A program made the position numbers and the translations under genes. From an uncultured Lachnospiraceae bacterium (GTDB lineage: Bacteria > Bacillota > Clostridia > Lachnospirales > Lachnospiraceae), in the NCBI GenBank assembly GCA_900316855.1, contig ONEK01000002.1, forward strand, positions 45,788 to 109,787: a DNA stretch of 64,000 nt. The letters are read 5' to 3'. This document shows, in pieces, positions 19,080-28,326 of this stretch (position 1 is its first letter; each line of letters opens with the position of its first letter). The notes below the pieces were generated by a model. It worked only from the letters and a program-made list of their open reading frames with translations. It had not been told where the DNA came from and made no database searches.

Positions 19080-20150
19080 CTACGCGCGCGCGGACGCCTG
19101 CGCCAGGATCAGATCCATGATGCGGGCAGCGGAGTCGGTCTGGCTCGAGGTCAGCATTTTATCAATGTACTGCCGGCGGTGCTCATACAGCTCGCGGATT
19201 TTTGGAAGGATGCAGTCCGGAAGATCGTCATCCTGTACGACTATGCTGTAGCCCTGTGCCTCAAATGACGCGGCGTTCAGCTTCTGGTCACCTCTGCCGG
19301 TCGGCAGCGGAACAAGGAGATTGGGCTTGTTCAGGGCCAGCAGCTCGCAGATTACATTGGCGCCTGCACGGGAGATCACGACATCCGCGGCGGCGTAGAG
19401 ATCCTTCAGATCTTCTTTGACATATTCAAACTGTTTATAGCCGGGAATGGTCAGCATGAGGTTGTCCATCTTCCCCCTGCCGCAGATATGGACGACCTGA
19501 AACATCTCCAGGAGAGCCTTCAGGTTGTCCCGGATGGTTTTATTGACACTCGAAGCCCCCAGGGACCCCCCGATGACCATCAGCACAGGCTTTTCCGGTG
19601 TGAAGCCGCACAGTTTCAGCCCGCGGTCCCTGTCTCCCTGAAACAGTTCATCGCGGATCGGTGTCCCTGTCAGGACTGCCTTTTCGGGAGGAAGGCTTTT
19701 CATGGTTTCCGGAAAATTGCAGCATATTTTCCGGGCAAACGGCGCACACAGTTTGTTTGCCAGCCCCGGCGTCATGTCGGACTCATGGATAATACACGGA
19801 ATGCGGAGCGAGGACGCGGCATGTACGACGGGAACGCCAACATAGCCGCCTTTTGAGAATACCACGTCAGGCTTATAGTCCTTCATGAAATGATGGGCTT
19901 CCTGATAGCCCCTGATGACGCGGAAAGGATCGGTGAAATTCTTGGGATCAAAATAACGCCGGAGCTTGCCTGTTTCGATGGCGACATACGGAATGTCGAA
20001 ATCCCCGATCAGTTTCCGTTCGATTCCGTTCATGGAACCGATATAGGTGATATCGAAATCTGCTTTTCTCAGGTATGGGATAAGGGCGAGGTTCGGGGTC
20101 ACATGTCCGGCAGTACCGCCGCCGGTAAGGATGATTTTTCTGGAAGCCAT
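19080..20150 (-). CDS. murG: Undecaprenyl-PP-MurNAc-pentapeptide GlcNAc transferase
   Basis: IILTGGGTAGHV, FSKGGYVGVP, IHESD, GGSLGA, SRAGAN; start set at MASRKII. Confidence 0.95.
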   Translation of the reverse strand: MASRKIILTGGGTAGHVTPNLALIPYLRKADFDITYIGSMNGIERKLIGDFDIPYVAIETGKLRRYFDPKNFTDPFRVIRGYQEAHHFMKDYKPDVVFSKGGYVGVPVVHAASSLRIPCIIHESDMTPGLANKLCAPFARKICCNFPETMKSLPPEKAVLTGTPIRDELFQGDRDRGLKLCGFTPEKPVLMVIGGSLGASSVNKTIRDNLKALLEMFQVVHICGRGKMDNLMLTIPGYKQFEYVKEDLKDLYAAADVVISRAGANVICELLALNKPNLLVPLPTGRGDQKLNAASFEAQGYSIVVQDDDLPDCILPKIRELYEHRRQYIDKMLTSSQTDSAARIMDLILAQASARA

Positions 20151-20366
20151 AGCTTTCCCGCTTTCTGATGAATTCAGGACCGCAGTCCATGTTCGCTTCA
20201 TTATAACGCAGGATCTGCCGTCAGCGTTAGCCACTGTTCAAGGATTGAGGCATCTGCCGGATAACTTCCCGCAGGAGTATACTTATCCCGGCTCATTTTG
20301 CGCTCGGGATGTCATATTATATCAGAAGGCGATCATGACACTTCAGTCAGGAAAGGCGGATTAAGG

Positions 20367-21248
20367 ATGGAATTTGTCAGGAAAAGCGCGCCGGGAGCAG
20401 AAGTACTGCAGGAGACGGACTGCATGAACGGGGACCGCAGCGTGCTGCCGCTCCTGCAGTTTCCGAAGCTGGCACAGCTCACCGGAATCAGGCATGGTTT
20501 TACAACGCGTATGGGCGGCGTCAGCGGCGGAGATCTCGGTGCCCTGAACCTTTCGTTTTCGAGAGGAGATGATCCGGCCAATGTCAGGGAAAATTTCCGG
20601 CGTGTGGCGGAGGTATTCGGGATAACGTGCGGACATTTTGTGCTTACGAGGCAGGTTCACGGGACAAATGTAGTCCGCGCTAAGAGGTCCGATGCCGGCG
20701 CGGGAGTGACCGGTCCCCTTCCCTGGGAGTCTGCGGATGGCCTCATTACCAATGTACCGGGACTTCTGCTTGGCTGCTTTGCGGCTGACTGTGTTCCGAT
20801 CCTGTTTGCGGATCCCGTGCACCGGGCGGTCGGGGCCAGTCATTCAGGATGGCGCGGCACCGTAAAACGAATGGGGGCTGTAACACTGCAGCGGATGAAG
20901 GAGGAATTCGGCACGAACCCTGCCGATGTTTTCTGCGGCATCGGACCGTCCATCTGCCGGGATCACTATGAAGTCAGTGACGATGTCGCGGACGCATTCC
21001 GGACAGAATTTCCGCTGCAGCAGGAAGCGATCGTGCAGGATCTGCACAATGGCCATGCCCTGCTGGACCTGTGGGAGGCATGCCGCGTCACACTGGTGGA
21101 GGCAGGAGTCAGGCCGGAAAATATCGAGGTCACGGATATCTGCACTGCCTGCAATCCGGACAGACTGTTCTCGCACCGGGCATCCCATGGCCGCCGCGGG
21201 AATATCGGAGGTTTCATCATGCTGACGGAAGATCTGAAGTTTGAATGA
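20367..21248 (+). CDS. pgeF: PgeF/YfiH-family protein (purine nucleoside phosphorylase / peptidoglycan editing factor)
   Basis: HGFTTRMGGVS, RQVHG, ADGLIT, ADCVPIL, HSGWRG, CT.C...FSHR. Confidence 0.93.
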   Translation: MEFVRKSAPGAEVLQETDCMNGDRSVLPLLQFPKLAQLTGIRHGFTTRMGGVSGGDLGALNLSFSRGDDPANVRENFRRVAEVFGITCGHFVLTRQVHGTNVVRAKRSDAGAGVTGPLPWESADGLITNVPGLLLGCFAADCVPILFADPVHRAVGASHSGWRGTVKRMGAVTLQRMKEEFGTNPADVFCGIGPSICRDHYEVSDDVADAFRTEFPLQQEAIVQDLHNGHALLDLWEACRVTLVEAGVRPENIEVTDICTACNPDRLFSHRASHGRRGNIGGFIMLTEDLKFE

Positions 21249-21404
21249 TCCGCCGATGCGGATCATTCGAAAACCCGGTCGGTGCCTGCGGCATCCGACC
21301 TGTGATCATACACGGGAAACCGCATTCGCGGATTTCCCGTGATGGATGCCTGCTGGCGCAGGCATGAGAAGAAAGTTAGAAAGTTTCGCTGATGCGAAAC
21401 TTTC
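21243..21404. repeat. Array of five tandem, non-identical hairpins (REP-like element or structured RNA)
   Basis: Stems at 21243-21268, 21277-21300, 21311-21341, 21346-21365 and 21379-21404; four close with GC-N4-GC. Confidence 0.7.
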
Positions 21405-21575
21405 ATAACGCGGTCGGTGCTTTCGGCTATCCCTGCAGGATAATATCCGGTAAAAACAGTGTTTTTTTTCGGGAAGAGTCCGATAATGTAAACACAGGGA
21501 AACAGCAGATATTATTCCGGGGTCTTTTTTCGGAAGACTCTCTTCAGACAGATCCGCTACAGGAGACAGCAGCTA

Positions 21576-22250
21576 ATGAGAATGTTCAATGAATCAATAC
21601 GGAGCAAAGGACGGAGCAAGGTTTTCTGCGGGAGGACAGTGTCTGCAGCAATGTCGCTGATCATTCCGGTGATGCTGACGCTTTGGCTCCTGCCACGGGA
21701 GGCATGGGCTGCAGCGGCGGAAGGGAGCAGCTTTCGGAACATCAGGGTTCTGAATGCCTCCCCGGAGAAGGAACAGGAGATCCGTGCGAAACTGTCTCTG
21801 CTCCCGGATGGAGTATGCAGTGCGTTTGCAGCCGACGGCTGGTTCATTGAGGTTTCAGATGAGCGGAGCATGTGCTCCCGGATGGGAGTTTCTTACGACG
21901 CAGGACGTGATCTTACAGGCCTGACCAGCAGCCGGAAGTATATCCTGCTGGACGGGGAAAAGGACGATGCAGCATACGCCTGCCTTCACGAGATGGGTCA
22001 TTTTGCTGACATCTATGCCGAAGAGATGACCGGAATACGGCCGTCGCGGACAGCAGAGTTTGCGGCGCTGTATCAGGCGGAGGCTCCGTTCCTTGCAGCG
22101 GACGAGGGTTATGGAGCGTTCAGCGCAGGGGAATATTATGCGGAGCTTTTCAAATGCTGGTTTGAAAATCCGCAGGCTCTCGAGGCAGTCCCTGCCAGCA
22201 GGGATTATATCGCCGCTCAGGCTGCGGAGTTTGCAGATCTGAACCCATGA
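21576..22250 (+). CDS. Secreted zinc metallopeptidase, ATLF / Pro-Pro endopeptidase-like
   Basis: Signal peptide ending AWA-A; LHEMGH (HEXXH); downstream GY...GEYYAELF supplies Tyr and a third Glu ligand. Confidence 0.72.
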   Translation: MRMFNESIRSKGRSKVFCGRTVSAAMSLIIPVMLTLWLLPREAWAAAAEGSSFRNIRVLNASPEKEQEIRAKLSLLPDGVCSAFAADGWFIEVSDERSMCSRMGVSYDAGRDLTGLTSSRKYILLDGEKDDAAYACLHEMGHFADIYAEEMTGIRPSRTAEFAALYQAEAPFLAADEGYGAFSAGEYYAELFKCWFENPQALEAVPASRDYIAAQAAEFADLNP

Positions 22251-22288
22251 AAAAGCCCCGCTTCTGTCAGCGGGGCTTTTTCATGGGT
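22243..22288. terminator. Bidirectional intrinsic terminator
   Basis: Perfect 20-bp inverted repeat ACCCATGAAAAAGCCCCGCT-TCTGTC-AGCGGGGCTTTTTCATGGGT between convergent genes. Confidence 0.88.
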
Positions 22289-22293
22289 CCGGT

Positions 22294-23682
22294 TCAGTAT
22301 TCCTGTTCCAGATAATCTTTCAGCTTCTTAGCACGGGAAGGGTGACGGAGCTTGCGCAGCGCCTTGGCTTCAATCTGCCGGATGCGCTCTCTTGTCACAC
22401 CGAAATCCCTTCCGACCTCTTCCAGGGTGCGCGGACGGCCGTCTGACAGACCGAAGCGGAGTGTCAGCACGTCACGTTCCCTTTCGGTGAGCGACATCAT
22501 CGCTTCGCGCAGCTGATCCCTGAGGCCGGAAAATGTTGCGGCATCCGCAGGGCCGACGGAAGTGGTATCGCTGATAAAATCTCCCAGCTCGCTGTCCTCT
22601 TCATCCCCGATTTTGGAATCCAGGGAAGCGGGAGTGGCAGCGACCTGCTGAATCTCCGTAACCTTATCTTCGGTGATTCCCATGCGTTCCGCAATTTCTG
22701 CCGTCGTAGGCTCCCTTCCGAGTTCCGTCGTGAGATTGCGTGTAATTTTAATGAATTTATTGATCGTCTCCACCATGTGCACGGGAATACGGATGGTTCG
22801 CGCCTGATCCGCGATGGCACGGGTGATAGCCTGCCGGATCCACCACGTTGCGTAGGTGGAGAATTTGAATCCCTTGCGGAAATCAAATTTATCAACGGCC
22901 TTCATGAGGCCCAGATTCCCCTCCTGGATCAGATCGAGGAAACTCATGCCTCGACCGACATATTTCTTCGCGATGGAAACAACAAGGCGCAGGTTGGATT
23001 CGGAGAGGGTGTTCTTGGCATCCCTGCCGTCTGCGGCAAGCTCCTCGAGCTCATCGGCGCTTTTTCCGATGAAAACCTCTTCCTTTTCTTCCCTGTATTC
23101 CGACAGCTCCAGGTCTTCCAGCGAATGAACCAGTGCTTCCTCCGTTACAGGCAGAATATTCTCTGCCAGCAGATTCTCGGCAATCTGACCGTTTTCAATC
23201 CGTGTTGCGAGGCGGATTTCTTCGTCGGCATTGAGCAGTCCGATCCTTCCGATCTCCCTAAGATACATGCGGATGGAATCCTCGGTGCCCGCATATTCCG
23301 TACCATCCTGGCTGCTCTCGTTTTTCTCGCCGGCTTCAATCTCCCTCAGTTCATCACTGGGAGCATCCTCGTCCTCTTCGGATGAGTCATCCTCCTCATA
23401 GACGGAAACCGCGTCTGAGTCATCCTCATTGTCCATGTCGAGGATATCGATCCCCTTACCTTCGAGATAGGAGGATGCCTGGTCGCTCTGCTCGTCGCTC
23501 AGCTCAAATGAAGCCAGTGCTTCATTCAGCTCCTGGCGGGAAAGCGTTCCGTGGTTTTTGCGTCCACGCTCCGCAAGCCCTTCCAGGACCCGGAGGAACT
23601 CCTCACTTCCGGGAGTGCTCCCTGCAGCTGCGGCTGCAGCCTCGGTATTCTGTTTCTTGGTGGGATTTTTTTTCTTAGCCAT
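22294..23682 (-). CDS. rpoD: RNA polymerase sigma-70 factor, RpoD/SigA-type
   Basis: Region 1.2 [11 protein letters not shown], 2.1-2.4 [12 protein letters not shown]...[10 protein letters not shown]...[20 protein letters not shown], 4.2 [27 protein letters not shown]. Confidence 0.95.
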   Translation of the reverse strand: MAKKKNPTKKQNTEAAAAAAGSTPGSEEFLRVLEGLAERGRKNHGTLSRQELNEALASFELSDEQSDQASSYLEGKGIDILDMDNEDDSDAVSVYEEDDSSEEDEDAPSDELREIEAGEKNESSQDGTEYAGTEDSIRMYLREIGRIGLLNADEEIRLATRIENGQIAENLLAENILPVTEEALVHSLEDLELSEYREEKEEVFIGKSADELEELAADGRDAKNTLSESNLRLVVSIAKKYVGRGMSFLDLIQEGNLGLMKAVDKFDFRKGFKFSTYATWWIRQAITRAIADQARTIRIPVHMVETINKFIKITRNLTTELGREPTTAEIAERMGITEDKVTEIQQVAATPASLDSKIGDEEDSELGDFISDTTSVGPADAATFSGLRDQLREAMMSLTERERDVLTLRFGLSDGRPRTLEEVGRDFGVTRERIRQIEAKALRKLRHPSRAKKLKDYLEQEY

Positions 23683-23745
23683 GTATTACCTTATTTGCCC
23701 TTCATGCAGGATGAATCAACAATGAAGACCTGCGTCAAATTCAAC

Positions 23746-23754
23746 ATTCTAACA
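23746..23754 (-). promoter_or_regulatory. Extended -10 promoter element for rpoD
   Basis: TGT-TAGAAT on the minus strand about 65 nt upstream of the start; weak -35. Confidence 0.4.
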
Positions 23755-23832
23755 CGATTTTCCGAAATAGGAACACCGGAGCAAAAATAAATTTTCTCCG
23801 GGATTCATTCCGCGGCAGGCAGGATTACAGGC

Positions 23833-24168
23833 TCAGCGTTCGAATCTGAAATAAACCAGAATCGCTTCGTTATCCCGATGCACCCAGACGGCGGTATCCT
23901 CTCCGTCCTCTCCCGTGAGCGGCGCGATTGCATATCTGCCATACTCGTGTCCCTTTGAGGACGCCTTTCCATAGGAAGCGGCATCCCCGAAATCTTCGTT
24001 CTGGAAATGAATGACGGCATCAATGACATGCTGGATATCCTCTTCCCCAAGAAACAGTTCACGTATTCCGCGGGAGAGGTAAACCGGTTCCCCGTTTACA
24101 TTCCCGTAAAGGGCAGTTCCGTAGCCTTTCTTCAGTACAATGGATTTCAGCTCGTTAAGTTCTTTCAT
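23833..24168 (-). CDS. Hypothetical protein, possibly a distant relative of small plasmid/ICE-associated 'DWGD' proteins
   Basis: RBS GGAGG; normal composition; HFQNEDFGD and VWVHRDNEAILVYF motifs. Confidence 0.75.
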   Translation of the reverse strand: MKELNELKSIVLKKGYGTALYGNVNGEPVYLSRGIRELFLGEEDIQHVIDAVIHFQNEDFGDAASYGKASSKGHEYGRYAIAPLTGEDGEDTAVWVHRDNEAILVYFRFER

Positions 24169-24322
24169 GGAAACCTCCCTGACCGGAAACAGTCCGGTCC
24201 TTCAACCCCAGTATAGACCAAAATGGACCGGAAATACCTGCCGGTCCGGGCAAAGCAGGGACGATACGAATCCCGATGCATGTTTATCACGTCTAAGCCA
24301 GACGGGGATCAGAGCACCCGGA

Positions 24323-24862
24323 TTATACAAAAAGGAGTAAGCCGCATGCCACGCCGGCAAGATACCCGGCCGCCACATCCGAAGGATAATGGATTCCGCC
24401 AAGAACCCGGACCAGCGCAGAGCATGCTGACAGGGTGAGGAGCAGAGCCCCTGCCCGGAAATCAAGAAGGAGAGCCGCCATGGAGATGATCACCGAACTG
24501 AACACATGGCGGCTTGGCATGGAGCAGCCGCTCCTGTCGCGGACAAGGAGCGGGCGGATTCCGGCACCGCCGGGCAGCGGATCGTAAGGGCGTGGGCGGT
24601 TTATCCTCCTGCGGATAAAAGAGAGCAGGACAAAAGATCCTGCGGGAATCAGCAGAATCTTCAGAAGGACAGCATCCCGAAAGGGATCACCGCCCGACTG
24701 CAGAACGGAATGCAGCCGCAGGATCAGAAGGAGAGGATATGCCGCGTACATGATCCCGGTCAGCAGCAGATTGAAAACTTTCAGCAGTATAACAGGACCG
24801 CTTCCCCTGCGAAGCGGTCCTGACAGTTTCTGATAAAATTGAGCGTACTTTTCGGTACTCAT
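24323..24862 (-). CDS. PAP2-family membrane phosphatase
   Basis: RRINRPRP, SMPSRH, RVLGGIHYPSDV (three PAP2 motifs); TM helices. Confidence 0.9.
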   Translation of the reverse strand: MSTEKYAQFYQKLSGPLRRGSGPVILLKVFNLLLTGIMYAAYPLLLILRLHSVLQSGGDPFRDAVLLKILLIPAGSFVLLSFIRRRINRPRPYDPLPGGAGIRPLLVRDRSGCSMPSRHVFSSVIISMAALLLDFRAGALLLTLSACSALVRVLGGIHYPSDVAAGYLAGVACGLLLFV

Positions 24863-24903
24863 GGGAAGAAGACCCGGGCGTCATCCGTATGTATGACGGG
24901 AAA

Positions 24904-26100
24904 TCATGCGTTGGCCACGGCGTCCGCGAAGGCGTCAAGCTTTTCCGAGTCGGAAGCGTGCAAAGCGCTCCTGAAGGACAGGACCTCATCTACAATCGTT
25001 ACGTTTTTGAGTGTCTCAAGCCTCGCACGCATCAGCTTCGCTGCTGCCGGAGCCCAGGTGCCGTTCTCCGCAAGGGCGAAGGTACGGTTCTGTACGGACA
25101 GGGCCTGCAGATCGCTGAGGAAGTGCTCAACCGGGGGATAAATCCCGCCGTTGTAGGTTGGGCAGAACAGAACAATCTTACCACAGCGCCATACCTCTTC
25201 GATGAGCCAGGATACGTCGGTCTTGGAAGCATCAAAGACGCGCACTGTCTTTCCGGTCTTTGCGCGGAGAGCATAGGCAAAGGAATTCGCCGCCTCTGCG
25301 GTATGGCCATAGAGGGAGCCGTACACAACGAGTGTGTCGTCTGTTTCAGGAGTGTAGCTGCTCCATTTCTGGTATTTTCCGATGAAAATGGACAGATCCT
25401 TTCTCCACACGGGACCGTGCAGCGGCAGGATCCGCTGAATTGCGAGCCCGGAAGCCTTTTTAAGGACGCTGGTTACCTGCATGCCATACTTTCCGACGAT
25501 GTTGGCGTAATATCTCCGGGCTTCGTCCAGGAACCGGCGGTCAAAATCATAATCGTCTGCGAAAATGCTGTCGTCCAGTGACCCGAATGTCCCGAAGGCA
25601 TCGGCGGAAAACAGCGAGCCGGTGGCATCATCGAATGCCATGAGGACCTCCGGCCAATGAACCATGGGTGCGGCAATAAAATGAAAGGTATGTTTCCCGG
25701 TTTCGAGTGTGTCCCCTTCCTTCACAATCCGGAAACCGGCGCTTCCCAGTTCCGGGAAGAACTGCCGGATCATATTGGATGCCTGCATGCTGCAGACGAT
25801 CACGGCTGAGGGGTACAGCTGATGAACGACGGACAGCAGGGCGCAGTGATCCGGCTCCATATGGAGGACAACGATGTAATCCGGCATCTTCTCCCCGAGG
25901 GCGGCGTTCAGATTTTCAAGATACTGATCCGCGACGGAGACATCCGCAGTATCGAAAAGGACGGTTTTGTCGTCCTTAACAACATAGCTGTTATAGGAAA
26001 CTCCGTGCTCAAGCGGAAACAGATTTTCAAACCTGGCAAGCCTTCTGTCGCTGCCACCGATCCATGTGATGTCTTCCGCGGCTTCCTGAATATTAATCAT
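24904..26100 (-). CDS. fprA: Flavodiiron protein (FprA; metallo-beta-lactamase + flavodoxin domains)
   Basis: HGVSYNSY, HMEPDH, PMVHWPE, FSADAFG, PLHGP, VYGSLYGHT; RBS GGAGG 7 nt before ATG 26100. Confidence 0.93.
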   Translation of the reverse strand: MINIQEAAEDITWIGGSDRRLARFENLFPLEHGVSYNSYVVKDDKTVLFDTADVSVADQYLENLNAALGEKMPDYIVVLHMEPDHCALLSVVHQLYPSAVIVCSMQASNMIRQFFPELGSAGFRIVKEGDTLETGKHTFHFIAAPMVHWPEVLMAFDDATGSLFSADAFGTFGSLDDSIFADDYDFDRRFLDEARRYYANIVGKYGMQVTSVLKKASGLAIQRILPLHGPVWRKDLSIFIGKYQKWSSYTPETDDTLVVYGSLYGHTAEAANSFAYALRAKTGKTVRVFDASKTDVSWLIEEVWRCGKIVLFCPTYNGGIYPPVEHFLSDLQALSVQNRTFALAENGTWAPAAAKLMRARLETLKNVTIVDEVLSFRSALHASDSEKLDAFADAVANA

Positions 26101-26208
26101 TCGCATACCTCCCTGGCCGGATTCCGGATCCGGTGAAATCCTGATTCATAAACGTGTATCAGCCGCAGTGCTGCGGCCACCACAGTATACCATGCTGTCA
26201 GGCCGGCA

Positions 26209-26217
26209 TGCTATAAT
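26209..26217 (+). promoter_or_regulatory. Extended -10 promoter for pyk
   Basis: TGC-TATAAT about 95 nt upstream of the pyk start. Confidence 0.55.
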
Positions 26218-26311
26218 GTCGAAAGCAGTACAGGCAGCAGGTACAGTTCCTGCTCTGCCGGTTTCAGAGGCGAATGCACTGCGCAGAAAGCGAAAGGGAA
26301 TACGGAACAAC

Positions 26312-27730
26312 ATGAGAAAGACCAAAATTATCTGCACGCTGGGTCCGTCCAGTGATTCAAAGGAAATGATCGGCCGGCTGATTGATGCCGGAATGGATGT
26401 GGCAAGGTTTAACTTTTCCCACGGAACCCATGAAGAACAGAAGGAGAAGTTTGAACGTCTGAAAAAGGCAAGGATTGAACGCAACCTGCCGATAGCCGCC
26501 CTGCTGGATACGAAGGGACCCGAGATCCGTCTCCGCGATTTCAGGGATGGAAAGGTACAGCTGGAAGCCGGCCGGAAATTTACCATTACGACAGAGGAAA
26601 TCCTCGGGGATGCCGACAGGGCCTCGGTCACATACCGGAATCTGCCTCACGATGTAAATGCCGGTGACAGGATCCTTATCGATGACGGACTGATCGGCCT
26701 TCGCGTGGATGCGGTCAACGGCAGCGAAATTGAATGCACTGTGGAAAACGGCGGACCGGTTTCGAATCATAAGGGAGTGAATGTACCTGGGGCTGACCTT
26801 ACCATGCCCTTTATCAGCGAGCAGGACCGCAGTGACCTGATCTTCGGCTGTGAGAACGGCTTCGATTACATTGCCGCCTCGTTTACGCGCACTGCGGATG
26901 ATATCCGTGAGATCCGCTATATTCTGGACAATAACGGCGGCAGCAAGATCAAAATTATTGCCAAGATTGAGTCCGTGCAGGGGATCCGTAATATTGATGC
27001 CATCCTGGAGGAGGCGGACGGTGTCATGGTGGCACGCGGAGACATGGGAGTGGAAATTCCGCTGGAGGATGTTCCGGTCATTCAGAAACGTATCATCAAG
27101 AAGGCGGAGCATATGGGTAAGATCTGTGTCACAGCGACGCAGATGCTTGATTCCATGATTCACAATCCAAGACCTACCCGGGCAGAGTCCACGGATGTAG
27201 CGAATGCGATTTATGACGGAACAACCGCTATCATGCTCTCCGGGGAAACAGCAAACGGCAGATATCCGGTGGAAGCGGTTTCCACCATGGCGCGCATAGC
27301 GGAGCGAACCGAGTCTGATATTGATTATTCCGGCAGAATGCTGCGCAGAGAGCTGACGGATACGGATGACGTCACGACAGCGATCTCTCACGCTACGTGC
27401 ACGGTTGCGGATGACGTCCACGCTGACGCGATCATTACGGTTACAATTTCCGGCCGCACAGCGGACAGGGTTGCGGACCACAAACCCTCGTGCCAGGTCA
27501 TAGCCTGCACGACCAATAAGCAGACGGCATGTCAGATGAATCTTCTGTTTGGTGTGGTTCCCCTGATTATTGAGGAAGAGGCTTCTGCCGATCTCCTGTT
27601 TGAAGCGGCTGTGAACAAGGCAAAGATGGCGGGACTTGTGAAAAGCGGTGACCGCGTTGTACTGACTGCGGGAGTTCCGCTCGGCGTCTCGGGCAATACG
27701 AACATGATCCGTGTCATTGAAGTCTGGTAA
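26312..27730 (+). CDS. pyk: Pyruvate kinase
   Basis: MRKTKIICTLGP, RFNFSHG, LDTKGPEIR, KIE, MVARGDMGVE, ATQMLDSM, IMLSGETA. Confidence 0.98.
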   Translation: MRKTKIICTLGPSSDSKEMIGRLIDAGMDVARFNFSHGTHEEQKEKFERLKKARIERNLPIAALLDTKGPEIRLRDFRDGKVQLEAGRKFTITTEEILGDADRASVTYRNLPHDVNAGDRILIDDGLIGLRVDAVNGSEIECTVENGGPVSNHKGVNVPGADLTMPFISEQDRSDLIFGCENGFDYIAASFTRTADDIREIRYILDNNGGSKIKIIAKIESVQGIRNIDAILEEADGVMVARGDMGVEIPLEDVPVIQKRIIKKAEHMGKICVTATQMLDSMIHNPRPTRAESTDVANAIYDGTTAIMLSGETANGRYPVEAVSTMARIAERTESDIDYSGRMLRRELTDTDDVTTAISHATCTVADDVHADAIITVTISGRTADRVADHKPSCQVIACTTNKQTACQMNLLFGVVPLIIEEEASADLLFEAAVNKAKMAGLVKSGDRVVLTAGVPLGVSGNTNMIRVIEVW

Positions 27731-27735
27731 ATTTT

Positions 27736-28323
27736 ATGCATCATATTTTTGTCATCATGGGAAAAAGTGCTACCGGAAAGGACACGATTTACCGAAGACT
27801 GCTGGAGGAAGAATCCCTTTCCCTTTCCAGGGTGGTCCCGTATACTACAAGGCCCGTCCGGGACGGAGAACAAAACGGCAGGGAGTATTTTTTTACGGAT
27901 GGAGAAGGCTACGAGTCTGCCTGCCGGGAAGGAAGGGTGATTGAATCGAGGGCCTACGATACGGTTTACGGCAGATGGTACTACTTTACCCTGGACGATG
28001 GTCAGATTGACCTTACAGAACGGGACAGCCTTGTGATAGGCACTCTGGTTTCCTTCCGTTCCTTTGTGACTTATTTCGGACGTGCAAACGTTATCCCTAT
28101 TTATATCGAAGTGGAAGACGGGGAACGGCTGTCCAGGGCACTGCAGAGGGAGCGCAGACAGGATCACCCCGGATATGCTGAAATGTGCCGCAGATTCCTG
28201 GCAGACAGCGCGGACTTTTCCGAAGAGAACCTGCGGAAGGCAGGGATCACGGGTGGATTCCGGAATGATGATATTGACTGCTGCGTCGCCCGGATATGCC
28301 AATATATCAGGGAGGCAGGCTGA
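27736..28323 (+). CDS. Guanylate-kinase-like nucleoside monophosphate kinase (substrate uncertain)
   Basis: P-loop GKSATGKDT; YTTRPVRDGEQNGREYFF signature; several base-recognition positions differ from canonical Gmk. Confidence 0.85.
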   Translation: MHHIFVIMGKSATGKDTIYRRLLEEESLSLSRVVPYTTRPVRDGEQNGREYFFTDGEGYESACREGRVIESRAYDTVYGRWYYFTLDDGQIDLTERDSLVIGTLVSFRSFVTYFGRANVIPIYIEVEDGERLSRALQRERRQDHPGYAEMCRRFLADSADFSEENLRKAGITGGFRNDDIDCCVARICQYIREAG

Positions 28324-28326
28324 ATC

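Noticed and set aside
21243-21404. Hairpin array as a CRISPR array or simple terminator
   Set aside because: The stems differ in sequence, there is no repeat-spacer periodicity, and no U-tracts follow.
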